A DNA stretch of 64,000 bases from a virus (lineage: Duplodnaviria; Caudoviricetes), in IMG/VR virus record IMGVR_UViG_3300005330_000014, positions 64,001 through 128,000 of that record; one strand, 5' to 3'. The notes under the pieces are model-generated. The model worked only from the letters and a program-made list of their open reading frames with translations. It was not told the origin of the DNA and searched no databases. Of the stretch, positions 18,620 to 27,624 are shown in pieces (position 1 is the first letter of the stretch; each line of letters opens with the position of its first letter). The position numbers were made by a program, and so were the translations under genes.

Positions 18620-18892
18620 TTAATGTGTCCCCGCAGTGACTTCGGGCGCTTGCAAAATAAAAGCAGCACTACCACTATCTTTATTGTTTATTGATTTAAT
18701 CTGTCCATCCTTGTCATCCAAAAATTCAATACCATTAGAAGTATATTTGTAATATTGAGTGTGATAAATAGTAACTCCGTTAATACAATCCATTACTTCA
18801 ATATCCGCGCGGATATTAACAAAATTGTGACTGTATACATAACTCAAAACCAAGGCAGAAAACGCGGCTTTAGCATAAAAAATAAAAGGCAT
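18620..18892 (-). CDS. hypothetical exported protein
   Basis: Hydrophobic N-terminus. Confidence 0.6.
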   Translation of the reverse strand: MPFIFYAKAAFSALVLSYVYSHNFVNIRADIEVMDCINGVTIYHTQYYKYTSNGIEFLDDKDGQIKSINNKDSGSAAFILQAPEVTAGTH

Positions 18893-19028
18893 AAATTAAA
18901 TAGTTAGAGCTAGCTACAGAGAACTTACAAACAGTATAGCTATAAAAGTGAATATGGACAAAACCAGATATTGAACGGGCATAACGTTAATTGTTAGTTG
19001 TTAACTATTTGATTTTTATCTTAATTGG

Positions 19029-19706
19029 TCAATCCAAATATACTACTTTCCCATTAACAATTTTATATCGCCGCCCGTTGTCATCCGTGCGAATATTACT
19101 ATGACTATCAATTTTATTGTGTGCTCCTTTATCTAGAGAAGTTCCGCCGCGCGATGGAACGGGAGTTGTTTGCGCGGGTGCATCCGGCGGGGCAGGAGTG
19201 GCAGAAGGAACAGGAGTAGTAGGCACATATTTCGCCCGAGCTTGTGCTAATTGATCTGCTGAAATATACTTTTGAGCAATATCTAAATCATTAGTATATT
19301 CATTTTCCTTAAGAGTTAATTTATCTCCTTCTCCAGTAACTAAAAATTCTCCTTGCTTGGTCAACATAGAGCCGGGCTTATAACCTTTAATCGAATCGGG
19401 CGTTTCCACCGATTTATAAACAATTAAAATAAAACTACCTTCTTGCAGAATATGCGGAGGCGTGACTACGGGGGGCGGCGTTACACTAGGAGTCCGCGCG
19501 GGAGCAGTAATAACAGGCTTAGGCGTTTCCAAAACCACGGCAGGCGGTAGCGTTGCCGGGGCAGCCTCAATTACTTGATTAGTTTGATTAACTTGATTAT
19601 CATTATTTGCCACAGTAGTTTTCTCGTGGCAGCCCAAAAGCCCAAAGAGCCCAAAGGCACAAAGGGCAATAATGAAACAGTTTCGATAATTACGATTAGT
19701 TTTCAT
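19029..19706 (-). CDS. Pro-rich lipoprotein
   Basis: Signal with LLGC lipobox; two Pro/Thr/Ala-rich linkers. Confidence 0.75.
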   Translation of the reverse strand: MKTNRNYRNCFIIALCAFGLFGLLGCHEKTTVANNDNQVNQTNQVIEAAPATLPPAVVLETPKPVITAPARTPSVTPPPVVTPPHILQEGSFILIVYKSVETPDSIKGYKPGSMLTKQGEFLVTGEGDKLTLKENEYTNDLDIAQKYISADQLAQARAKYVPTTPVPSATPAPPDAPAQTTPVPSRGGTSLDKGAHNKIDSHSNIRTDDNGRRYKIVNGKVVYLD

Positions 19707-19918
19707 GTTGTTAGTTTAGTTAGTTTTGAGTTTAATACTGCTTATACTATATATACTATACTTATGTTCTTATGTTTTATGCTTATACTTCATTTTTCTT
19801 TCTTTTTCTTCCTCTAGTTGAATCTTTAAAAGTTGTCCTAATTTATGGAATTCCGCGCGGCCTTTCCTCATTCGCTTTTCTTGTTTAGCTTCTAATTTAA
19901 GAAATTGTTGTTGTTGCT

Positions 19919-20110
19919 TCATACTCCGCCGGATTCACATAGAGCTTTTTCTTTTTTAGTTAAAGAGCCCCAAAGATTTTTCGCCGTTTTTCGAGGCTTT
20001 CCTTTTAGAGTCATAAAAGCCGACCAAAATAATGCCCCTAAAGATGTATAATCTTTTTCTTTTTTGAGCAATGTAAATTGTTTAGTTAGTTCTTTGGATT
20101 TCATAATCAA
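19919..20110 (-). CDS. hypothetical protein
   Basis: ORF track; co-oriented. Confidence 0.6.
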   Translation of the reverse strand: MIMKSKELTKQFTLLKKEKDYTSLGALFWSAFMTLKGKPRKTAKNLWGSLTKKEKALCESGGV

Positions 20111-20309
20111 ACTGAATTAGTGGTACGTCAGATTCCGCCATTACATACGCATTTATAAACGCTCGTTTGATGTCTGTCAAGAACTTTTTTCGTTCCTCTG
20201 TGGTTCTCAAATCATCTAATTTATCCAAGTCAATATTCACTCCGCACGCATAAGTAATATGAGGAAATACTACAAATAGTTGTTTAATTGGGCCGGGCGG
20301 AAGATTCAC
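20082..20309 (-). CDS. hypothetical protein
   Basis: ORF track; co-oriented. Confidence 0.65.
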   Translation of the reverse strand: MNLPPGPIKQLFVVFPHITYACGVNIDLDKLDDLRTTEERKKFLTDIKRAFINAYVMAESDVPLIQFDYEIQRTN

Positions 20310-20563
20310 GATTGATTATCTTTTGATTTTTGAATCAATACGGTCAATAATTTAATTATATATTTAGATAGTAATTTCCCTAATGATTGAAATAGGAGTA
20401 TCACATATCCAATAAACACCACCAATAAAAACGTCGGCCAAAATAACAAGGGTAAAAATATAAACTCATTCTCGACGATATCTATAAAATGAGCAATGTA
20501 GGCTATGCATACTCCGATAAACAAATAGCCCAAAATACCCAAAAAGATAATTAAAATTGTCAT
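20306..20563 (-). CDS. small membrane protein
   Basis: Two TM segments. Confidence 0.7.
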   Translation of the reverse strand: MTILIIFLGILGYLFIGVCIAYIAHFIDIVENEFIFLPLLFWPTFLLVVFIGYVILLFQSLGKLLSKYIIKLLTVLIQKSKDNQS

Positions 20564-20777
20564 AGTTTATTCTTTTATTCTTTTGTTCTTTATTGTTAAT
20601 TAATCCAAGTTGCCCGTGCGGACTAATCGAGTATTAGCTTCCATTGCTAAACTCCAATACTCATTTATTTTAGTTAGGTCGTTAGTGCGCCGGGCTTTGA
20701 ATTTATAATATTCCCGCGCGGCAAAATGTTTAATTGATTGAAGCAGAGTATGCATAATTTTATTTTTTGATTAATCA

Positions 20778-21209
20778 TTAATTAATCTTAATATAACTAA
20801 AATATAATCTATCAATGTCCATTTTAACAATTGACCCTAAGAATACGTTGTTAAAAATTACTTTAAGTTTTACTTTTTCTTCTCTGCAATCGACCACTTC
20901 ATATTTCATACTATATTCATTCCAAGGATCGGGATAACCCGAACAGAAAACAAAAATATCTCCAATATGGATTGGCGGGAGGATTTTAGTATAAAATTCG
21001 TAAATTGCGCGTTTATCCCTGCTGGTAGAAATTGTTGATTTATCCGCAAACCGGACAAAATCTAAATTAACTATATTGCCCCGGATTTTAGTTACTTTAT
21101 AATAATGACCATCAGTACGAAATACGCTTACAAAGCAATCTCCCACTTGGATTTTAGGTAAAAAACAATACAGCCCGAAATGATAGAGTAATGATTTTAG
21201 AACATTCAT
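20778..21209 (-). CDS. hypothetical protein with two internal SH3-like repeats
   Basis: PKIQVGDCFV...YKVT and PPIHIGDIFV...YEVV halves. Confidence 0.65.
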   Translation of the reverse strand: MNVLKSLLYHFGLYCFLPKIQVGDCFVSVFRTDGHYYKVTKIRGNIVNLDFVRFADKSTISTSRDKRAIYEFYTKILPPIHIGDIFVFCSGYPDPWNEYSMKYEVVDCREEKVKLKVIFNNVFLGSIVKMDIDRLYFSYIKIN

Positions 21210-21275
21210 ATTATTTATTATTTATTTATGTTTGTGGTATTTAATTAACAAGACAGCAAGACAAAACTTAACAAC

Positions 21276-21524
21276 TTAACATTCGGCATCTTCAATTTTT
21301 TCAAATAGTTCCTCGTGATGAATTAAAAGACTTAAAACGTAAGTTTCCGCGCCGGGGGCATTCGCGGTGCTTTCAGTAATCGAAGCCCTCCAAATTTCTT
21401 TACGATTATTTTTAATTTTAATTATTCGGACAGGCACCCATTTACGAGAAACCAATGATTCGCTTTTTGGCTTAGTATACGGGTTGCCGAATCTAACATG
21501 AATAGAATCATTATGATTACTCAT
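21276..21524 (-). CDS. hypothetical protein
   Basis: ORF track; co-oriented. Confidence 0.7.
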   Translation of the reverse strand: MSNHNDSIHVRFGNPYTKPKSESLVSRKWVPVRIIKIKNNRKEIWRASITESTANAPGAETYVLSLLIHHEELFEKIEDAEC

Positions 21525-21568
21525 AGCTTAATACAATGTTGAGTAACTTGAATAATTAATAATTACAA

Positions 21569-22369
21569 TTACCTTTTCGCCTGTTTGGTTTTAATCTTGT
21601 TAGATTGCTTATTCTTCTTCTTCTTATTCTTACTTTTAATTATCTTAATTACTTGTTTGGAAGATTTTACGGCAGGTTTAGAAAGTTTTTTTACTACTTT
21701 AACTGCTTTCTTAATTAATTTCTTAGTCTTGGGTGATTGTGCCTTAACTACTTTAGTTTGAACTTCGGTAACGATTTTAAACACATTAGTTGGACGCCCC
21801 CGGCCACTCGGCTGCGGAATTTGTTTAACTACTTCAAATTTAGCTATTTTTAGCTTAGTTTGCCGTGCGATTTCATTTGAAATAATATATGGCTTAACGT
21901 TTAATTTATCCGCCAATTCCTTGACTGTAAAATTGCCTTTGGGGAATTCAATAACTGCTTGATTAAGGCGCGGCCTACCTCTTTTCCCGGCCACCCTATT
22001 CTTATCTTTTACTACTTCAATATATTTTAGTTCACTTGGAACGTTGCGGGCAGGATTGCTAGTGCCGTGGCTTTCTCGATTTTCTCCAGATTGAGTTTTT
22101 TCTTTTTGGTTAGATTTAATCGTTTCCGCCGCTGAGTGAGTATCGTTAGTTTTCTGTTTATTTTCTTCATTTTTTGCCAAAGCTAATTGATCTTGATCAT
22201 ATAATACTCTATAATTTAATTTAACATTTTTATCTTTAAAACTGAAAGTGCTAACTTTAGTTTGCGAAGTCTTGGCCCGATGCCAAACATGTTTACGCCA
22301 AATTACTTTACTAATATCAGCGGGGGCATCACTTAGGGAAACGAGAGTTTTTGGAGTGAGAGTTTTCAT
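21569..22369 (-). CDS. DNA-binding protein: RGRP-flanked winged-helix-like domain plus histone-H1-like Lys-rich tail
   Basis: KRGRPRL...FTVKELADKL...GRGRPTNVF; C-terminal KKAVKVVKK...KNKKKKNK. Confidence 0.65.
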   Translation of the reverse strand: MKTLTPKTLVSLSDAPADISKVIWRKHVWHRAKTSQTKVSTFSFKDKNVKLNYRVLYDQDQLALAKNEENKQKTNDTHSAAETIKSNQKEKTQSGENRESHGTSNPARNVPSELKYIEVVKDKNRVAGKRGRPRLNQAVIEFPKGNFTVKELADKLNVKPYIISNEIARQTKLKIAKFEVVKQIPQPSGRGRPTNVFKIVTEVQTKVVKAQSPKTKKLIKKAVKVVKKLSKPAVKSSKQVIKIIKSKNKKKKNKQSNKIKTKQAKR

Positions 22370-22378
22370 AGCGTCACC

Positions 22379-22406
22379 ATTTTAACACACGCGGATTCAC
22401 TGTCAA
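22379..22406 (-). promoter_or_regulatory. sigma70-like promoter
   Basis: TTGACA-N16-TAAAAT with extended TG; 9 nt to the ATG. Confidence 0.8.
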
Positions 22407-22528
22407 GGAAAACTTTCGTTTTAAATTTTAGAACAAATCAGTCCAAAATACAGGAGAAAATGAAACCGACAATAAATGCCCACAAGAATAATTTAACCCA
22501 ATCGATTTCCATAAATTAATATATAATA

Positions 22529-23560
22529 TCAAGGATTCATTTCTAATTTCAGAAAATAAACGAAATCCTTTTTAATTGTTTCTGAAGATTCTTTTTCCAG
22601 ATAAGAGATATAAGATTCTTGTGGATCGCCAGTTTCAATGAACCTTTTAAATCCATTTAAGGCCGCGCCCAAGTCTTTTCCTTCTAGTCCACTAATTTCT
22701 CGTGCAATATTGCCATTAAATTTCTTGCTATTTTCCCTAATCTTTAAAAACTTTTGTCTTTCTTCTTCAATTCTTTGCTTAATAGGCCATTTTTGGTCAA
22801 TTATATTAATCCAATCGCGTTTCCGCCCGAATTCATAATTTTTATCATATTGAGGATGCGCTTCCAGCCATTTAAGAAATTGCATGAAAACCGTCCGCTT
22901 TCTATTCCGCGTGCGATTCTGATGATTTAAATTTTCTAGTTTGAAATTTTTCCCACAAAAATATCTAGTGGAAGTAATATATATAAACATTTCTTCCAAG
23001 GTATCGAAGCCGCGCGAATAAACATCGCAATCATAACCTAAAAATTCCATGATTTCGCGCGGATTTTTAGATAGAGTCAAAGTATCAATAATATGGTCCG
23101 AAGAATTTTCGGTAGATTCATCAAATAACTTTTGTCTAATTGGAAATCTTAAACCCTGCCAACCGTGATTCAGCCCCATATGGTGAGCAGTTCTTCCAAT
23201 TAAATTATTACAATCGTTATAGGATAAATAATTAACAACACACTCAATATCTGCCGGTTGTCGGCAAATCAAATCACATTGGAAATTCTGAAAATCAAAA
23301 CTATATACTCCGTCATTGGTATGAATGGCGCGCGGATTAAACTGAGTTTCGATTACTTTCTTTAAATCAATTTTTTGATTATATTCAACCACTGCGTCCA
23401 AGTCACCAAAATCCGGCTTATTTCTGTAAAATGGTAACTTAAAAATTTTTAATCCGGCGGATTCAATTCTTTTAATTACTTCAGATTCTAATATTAAGTA
23501 CTCTGATTGAGGTAATCGAATAGTCTCGATGCCATATTTTTGTAATGCGACGCCGCCCAT
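22529..23560 (-). CDS. Pol-beta superfamily nucleotidyltransferase-like protein
   Basis: KPDFGDLD (G-D-x-D), FQCDLI third Asp; family recalled from jumbo phages. Confidence 0.65.
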   Translation of the reverse strand: MGGVALQKYGIETIRLPQSEYLILESEVIKRIESAGLKIFKLPFYRNKPDFGDLDAVVEYNQKIDLKKVIETQFNPRAIHTNDGVYSFDFQNFQCDLICRQPADIECVVNYLSYNDCNNLIGRTAHHMGLNHGWQGLRFPIRQKLFDESTENSSDHIIDTLTLSKNPREIMEFLGYDCDVYSRGFDTLEEMFIYITSTRYFCGKNFKLENLNHQNRTRNRKRTVFMQFLKWLEAHPQYDKNYEFGRKRDWINIIDQKWPIKQRIEEERQKFLKIRENSKKFNGNIAREISGLEGKDLGAALNGFKRFIETGDPQESYISYLEKESSETIKKDFVYFLKLEMNP

Positions 23561-23588
23561 ATAATTAATAGATTATTACATAAATAGA

Positions 23589-23626
23589 AACGCGCGGAAC
23601 AAATCTTAGACTTTTGTCCGCGCGTT
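23589..23626 (-). terminator. terminator-like hairpin closing the Ro60-like unit
   Basis: AACGCGCGGA/TCCGCGCGTT 10-bp stem, followed by TTTCTATTT on the minus strand. Confidence 0.6.
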
Positions 23627-23639
23627 GCGTTGATTAGGC

Positions 23640-23690
23640 TAGATTCGGTTTTTTGTTTTTGCAGAACGTTTTAGTTGCTGAACGAATCTA
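23640..23690 (-). ncRNA. CAGCAA-motif hairpin, copy 4 (downstream of the Ro60-like gene)
   Basis: TAGATTCG-TTCAGCAA...AAAC-CGAATCTA, 8-bp stem. Confidence 0.6.
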
Positions 23691-23716
23691 AAATTTAGAA
23701 GTAATTAAGTAATTAG

Positions 23717-25261
23717 TTAAATAGTCACTCTATTATACATTTCGTTATTGAGAGTTTCCAATACTTGGTCCAGTGGCGAATACTGACAACCACTAAGTAA
23801 AGTTTTAAATACGCTTGGAGAACTGCCGCTAACAAGCAGAATACCTTTTGCATCAGCCGTGGCTGCACAATTATTTTGTCTAGAATTTACATTCCAAAAT
23901 ACTAATTGAGGCATTTTATATCCAGCCGCCGCATATTTATCTTGAATAGTTTCTAGATTAGTTTTGCCGTTTTGAGGGCTATTAAATTCTACATCAGTAA
24001 TAACAAGAATTTGCGCGGGCATATCTTCCTGTTTGACATTACCTTTTACCGCTTGAATTAAAAGCATATCAAATACTGATTGTAAATTAGTTGAATAAGC
24101 AGGATTTTCTTGCAAACACCGGACTTTTTCTCGAATATTTGCGCCGACAACTTTTTGTAGCACTGGATTGTCTGAATAAGTAATAAAGTAGCCGCCGAAT
24201 GGTCCTTTGTTTTTTTCAGCAGTATAAATACCTAAACTGATAGCAGTTGCCATTGGACGGCCCATCATCGAACCGCTAACATCAACAACAGTTAAAATAT
24301 TTCTAGTTTTATCTTCCATGTAATCAGGAAGTGCATTCCACAAAATATCTAAGGTTTCATCATTATCCCGGGCCATGACTTTTTCAACAATTTCATAAGG
24401 GAAAAGTGCCCCGGCATTAATTTTAGTTTCCCCTTTTTTAACTGCATCAATAAACTTTTGATATCCGGTTTCATCATGCTTCATAAAGGCTTTTTTATAT
24501 CTTAAAGAAGCTTTAGATGGAACAGAGCGATAATTAATATCAGTCCAATGGTTATCTGACATTTTAACTTCAACTACATTAGAATAAGCGCGCAAAGCAG
24601 AAAGAGTTTTACGATATTGTTTAGGAGTCCAACCTAAATAGTGTCTGATTCGCGCCCCTAAAGCACGAGTAATAGTAGAAGAAGTATTTTCACTTGGCAT
24701 CCATTTAGCGCAAGTAGTAATTGGTTTATTGTCATTATACGCTTCTACGTCATTATTAAGAGAAACTTTAATGAATTCAAGTGCTTGATTTGCTACTTTA
24801 GTCCCGAAAAGTACAAATAAATCATCAAATCGACCATAATGAACAATATTACCCAAATTTTGGACTACAATTTCGGGATAATTATCGCCAAGATATTTAA
24901 GAATAATTCGGCAAGTGCGCCGTTCACCTTGTCCGCCGCGAATATTCCGAATATGGAATAACAATTTAATTGAAAGTAGCGGGTCTTCAGCAAAAGACTT
25001 AATAAATAAGTTAACAATATCTTGTTCAGGCCGGGAACGCAAGGCCGCACCCATAGCAAAGAAATCTACTAATGCGTTTAGAGTAGATTTATAAGTTGGC
25101 GCACCGTTTTCAGTCAAAGTCTTATTATCTTCTTTGATCAAACTAGAAAGAAGAGAGTTTGTAACCGGAGCGGCAGGCAATTTAACTTTAACTTTATTTG
25201 CTTTGCGTGGCGCAGTTACAAAATTATTACCAATTTTTTGTTTTTTAGTTGCAGTTTTCAT
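23717..25261 (-). CDS. Ro60/TROVE-like RNA-binding protein (DUF2828 + vWA)
   Basis: TENGA..YKST...LLFHIRNIRGGQGER...AKWMPSE...YRKTL; vWA MIDAS VDVSGSM and ITDVEF. Confidence 0.85.
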   Translation of the reverse strand: MKTATKKQKIGNNFVTAPRKANKVKVKLPAAPVTNSLLSSLIKEDNKTLTENGAPTYKSTLNALVDFFAMGAALRSRPEQDIVNLFIKSFAEDPLLSIKLLFHIRNIRGGQGERRTCRIILKYLGDNYPEIVVQNLGNIVHYGRFDDLFVLFGTKVANQALEFIKVSLNNDVEAYNDNKPITTCAKWMPSENTSSTITRALGARIRHYLGWTPKQYRKTLSALRAYSNVVEVKMSDNHWTDINYRSVPSKASLRYKKAFMKHDETGYQKFIDAVKKGETKINAGALFPYEIVEKVMARDNDETLDILWNALPDYMEDKTRNILTVVDVSGSMMGRPMATAISLGIYTAEKNKGPFGGYFITYSDNPVLQKVVGANIREKVRCLQENPAYSTNLQSVFDMLLIQAVKGNVKQEDMPAQILVITDVEFNSPQNGKTNLETIQDKYAAAGYKMPQLVFWNVNSRQNNCAATADAKGILLVSGSSPSVFKTLLSGCQYSPLDQVLETLNNEMYNRVTI

Positions 25262-25285
25262 AATTAGTTAGTAGTTAAAAAAGAC

Positions 25286-25336
25286 TAGACAAATTTTGTT
25301 TCTTATCAAGAGAAGTTTAATTACTGGATTTGTCTA
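25286..25336 (-). ncRNA. CAGCAA-motif hairpin, copy 3
   Basis: TAGACAAAT-CCAGTAA...AAA-ATTTGTCTA, 9-bp stem. Confidence 0.6.
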
Positions 25337-25380
25337 AATTGATAAAGTTAAGGAAATGTTTAGGTATTAGGTAAATAGAC

Positions 25381-25427
25381 TAGATGCAGTTTGTTCCATG
25401 AAAAGGGTTAATTGCTGGATGCATCTA
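25381..25427 (-). ncRNA. CAGCAA-motif hairpin, copy 2
   Basis: TAGATGCA-TCCAGCAA...AAAC-TGCATCTA, 8-bp stem. Confidence 0.6.
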
Positions 25428-25497
25428 AATTGAGAAAGTTTAAAGAGGTTATTTAGCTATAGCTTATAGTTTATATAATTTCAGAATTTAAAAATAC

Positions 25498-25548
25498 GAG
25501 ATTCAGTTTTTTCTTTACGTAGAAGATTTTGTTTGCTGGATGAATCTC
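25498..25548 (-). ncRNA. CAGCAA-motif hairpin, copy 1
   Basis: GAGATTCA-TCCAGCAA...AAAC-TGAATCTC, 8-bp stem. Confidence 0.6.
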
Positions 25549-25574
25549 TGACCTATGACACAATGAAGGATTTT

Positions 25575-25602
25575 AGATTAGCATCTATTCCGCGATAGTC
25601 AA
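25575..25602 (-). promoter_or_regulatory. sigma70-like promoter driving the hairpin/Ro60-like unit
   Basis: TTGACT-N16-TAATCT with extended TG. Confidence 0.75.
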
Positions 25603-25659
25603 GTTTTTTCTGAAATTATTTTTTCTTGGGTTGTTTTAGTTACTTCTTTTTGACACTTA

Positions 25660-26013
25660 CTAAGAATGTCCGCCGGAATCAGTACGAAAAACTGAATAAA
25701 CACCTTCACTACGATATTTAATCAATACTTCCGTTTGATTTTCAAGATATTCTTGTAATACAGGAATCAATGATTCATCCTCCACGGTGAAATCAAAGGG
25801 TTGGATACCAACCGTTCCGCTGCCGCCACTCATGCCGCCGCGAATTAGTTGTCCTTCCCAAGTATCACAAAGAATTCCACTCTTATTTAATCGTACAATT
25901 TGCCCAATTTTTTCGCCTTGGGATGGATTATTTAGACCACAGCCGCCCAAAGACATAGCGATTGTAGTAATTGACAGGATTAGGGATAGCAACGTTAGTT
26001 TATTGATTTTCAT
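25660..26013 (-). CDS. lipoprotein, paralog of 16526-16909; +1 frame tail to 25599
   Basis: LGGC lipobox; GEKIGQIVRL...G...TWEGQLIRGG. Confidence 0.75.
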   Translation of the reverse strand: MKINKLTLLSLILSITTIAMSLGGCGLNNPSQGEKIGQIVRLNKSGILCDTWEGQLIRGGMSGGSGTVGIQPFDFTVEDESLIPVLQEYLENQTEVLIKYRSEGVYSVFRTDSGGHS

Positions 26014-26040
26014 ACTGGTTATTTGTTTGTTTGGTTTTGG

Positions 26041-26355
26041 TTAGTTATTTACTGATTTATTACTGGCACTGACATTATTTATACTTTTAGTTACTTTAGT
26101 TTCATTTAACTGATATTGAGCCGGGGAGTAAATCGACTTATATACATAAGTTATTTCTTTTTCTTCCTTATCTAGCCAAACGTAAATATATAATTTTTCG
26201 GTTGGATTATAATAGTAATACCGCCCGGGGCCATTATCTAACTTAATTACTTCTGCCCCGTAGACATTAGGCCCGTGAGCCAATGCTATAACAATAAGCA
26301 ACGTAAGAGGAAATAATATCATCCAGAAAAGTAATTGTAATTTTTCTATTTTCAT
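26041..26355 (-). CDS. exported hypothetical protein
   Basis: Hydrophobic N-terminus. Confidence 0.7.
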   Translation of the reverse strand: MKIEKLQLLFWMILFPLTLLIVIALAHGPNVYGAEVIKLDNGPGRYYYYNPTEKLYIYVWLDKEEKEITYVYKSIYSPAQYQLNETKVTKSINNVSASNKSVNN

Positions 26356-26537
26356 TCTGGTTCTTCTCCTGAAAAAATATCAAATTGATCACTTTCTGAT
26401 TCACCGCCAAAAAATTCTTCTAATTCCCGTTTGGTTTCTTCATCATCTAAAACTTCACGGAATTTCTTTGGTTTAGTTATTTCTCGCTTGCCCTTGAAAT
26501 GTTTCTTTTCTTCTTTATATGGCTTTTCGTCTCGCAT
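26352..26537 (-). CDS. hypothetical charged protein
   Basis: ORF track; co-oriented. Confidence 0.65.
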   Translation of the reverse strand: MRDEKPYKEEKKHFKGKREITKPKKFREVLDDEETKRELEEFFGGESESDQFDIFSGEEPE

Positions 26538-26756
26538 AACTTTAATTAGTTAATTATTGGAATTTTAAATATTTGTCAAATGTTTCAAACGCGCAGCCCT
26601 CATTTTCTCGTGAAATACAGTAATTTTATTGATAGATTTTTGAATTAAGGATCGGTGCATGTGTTTTGCTAAATGCCCGTAACCATTGCGCAAATACAAT
26701 GGTTTATTTGGGATTAGTTCGATAGTGTTCGCGTGCATTTTTAATCCTTAAATGAT

Positions 26757-26933
26757 TTAAATAATTTTAGTTCTGTGCCACTGATTACAATAAGGACATT
26801 TATAAAATCGTTGCCCTTTTTAATAAGCAGATTCTTCGTTTGGGTAAGCAGTTTTACGCCCACAGGTTTTAAATTGTTTTAGTAATTTCCTTGTTTCTTT
26901 GACTTTAGAAAAAGAAAAATATTTATTGCTCAT
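26757..26933 (-). pseudogene. small Zn-finger gene with an internal TAA
   Basis: CGRKTAYPNEESAY*KGQRFYKCPYCNQWHRT; stop at 26820-26822. Confidence 0.6.
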
Positions 26934-26934
26934 G

Positions 26935-27567
26935 CTATACTGACTTTATTGAAACGGGCCAAACATAATCTCCCCGGGGATTTTCTTTAAAGTGTCCGTA
27001 ATGATTCTTATCATAAACCTTGATTTTGTTTTTGTCAATAAATTTTTTCAATTTCAAAACATCGCCATAATCTAATTGATTTTTTACTTTTCCAAAATTT
27101 TCTTTAAGCCAATTGTTTATATTTCTTAGTTTAAGATGTTTTTTGATAGCCGCGCAGTAAATATCAGCAAATCCTTTTTTCTTTAAGTTAGATCGCATAC
27201 CTGAAATTATATCAGGACGACCCCACCAAGCAGGATTTTGATAGTTTCTTATATAATTAGGCCAGTTAGATTGTTTTTTCTTAAATTCGTTAAGAATTAC
27301 CCAAGCTTTGTTATATATTTGACTATTTTTAGCTATATCGCGATTTTGACACTCGCGCCAAATACTAGTTATATATCTAAATAGCGTAACCTCATGACTA
27401 ATCCATTGTTTGACTGTAGGATGGTTGCGCCACGGATTTTTCTTATTATTAACCAATATATCTAAAATTTGGTAATTTTCTAAAAGCATTTTAAAAAGTC
27501 TTTTTCCGTCAAGTAGCCGCGCGGACTTTTTAAGATCATAAGAATAATCACAAATAAAGCTTTGCAT
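26935..27567 (-). CDS. pyrimidine-dimer DNA glycosylase / endonuclease V-like
   Basis: MQSF...SARLLD.KRL.K...E.YQIL...WRNHPTVKQW. Confidence 0.8.
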   Translation of the reverse strand: MQSFICDYSYDLKKSARLLDGKRLFKMLLENYQILDILVNNKKNPWRNHPTVKQWISHEVTLFRYITSIWRECQNRDIAKNSQIYNKAWVILNEFKKKQSNWPNYIRNYQNPAWWGRPDIISGMRSNLKKKGFADIYCAAIKKHLKLRNINNWLKENFGKVKNQLDYGDVLKLKKFIDKNKIKVYDKNHYGHFKENPRGDYVWPVSIKSV

Positions 27568-27624
27568 AAGAATTTAATTTAATAATTTAAAAAATGAATT
27601 ATTAGATCGAGTAGTCTGGGAATG

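Noticed and set aside
25286-25548. CRISPR-like array
   Set aside because: Units are non-identical self-complementary hairpins with irregular spacing and no cas genes; better explained as structured RNAs.
25286-25548. Canonical Y RNA
   Set aside because: The GGUCCGA/UUGACC bulged Ro-binding helix is absent; reported only as Y-like candidates.
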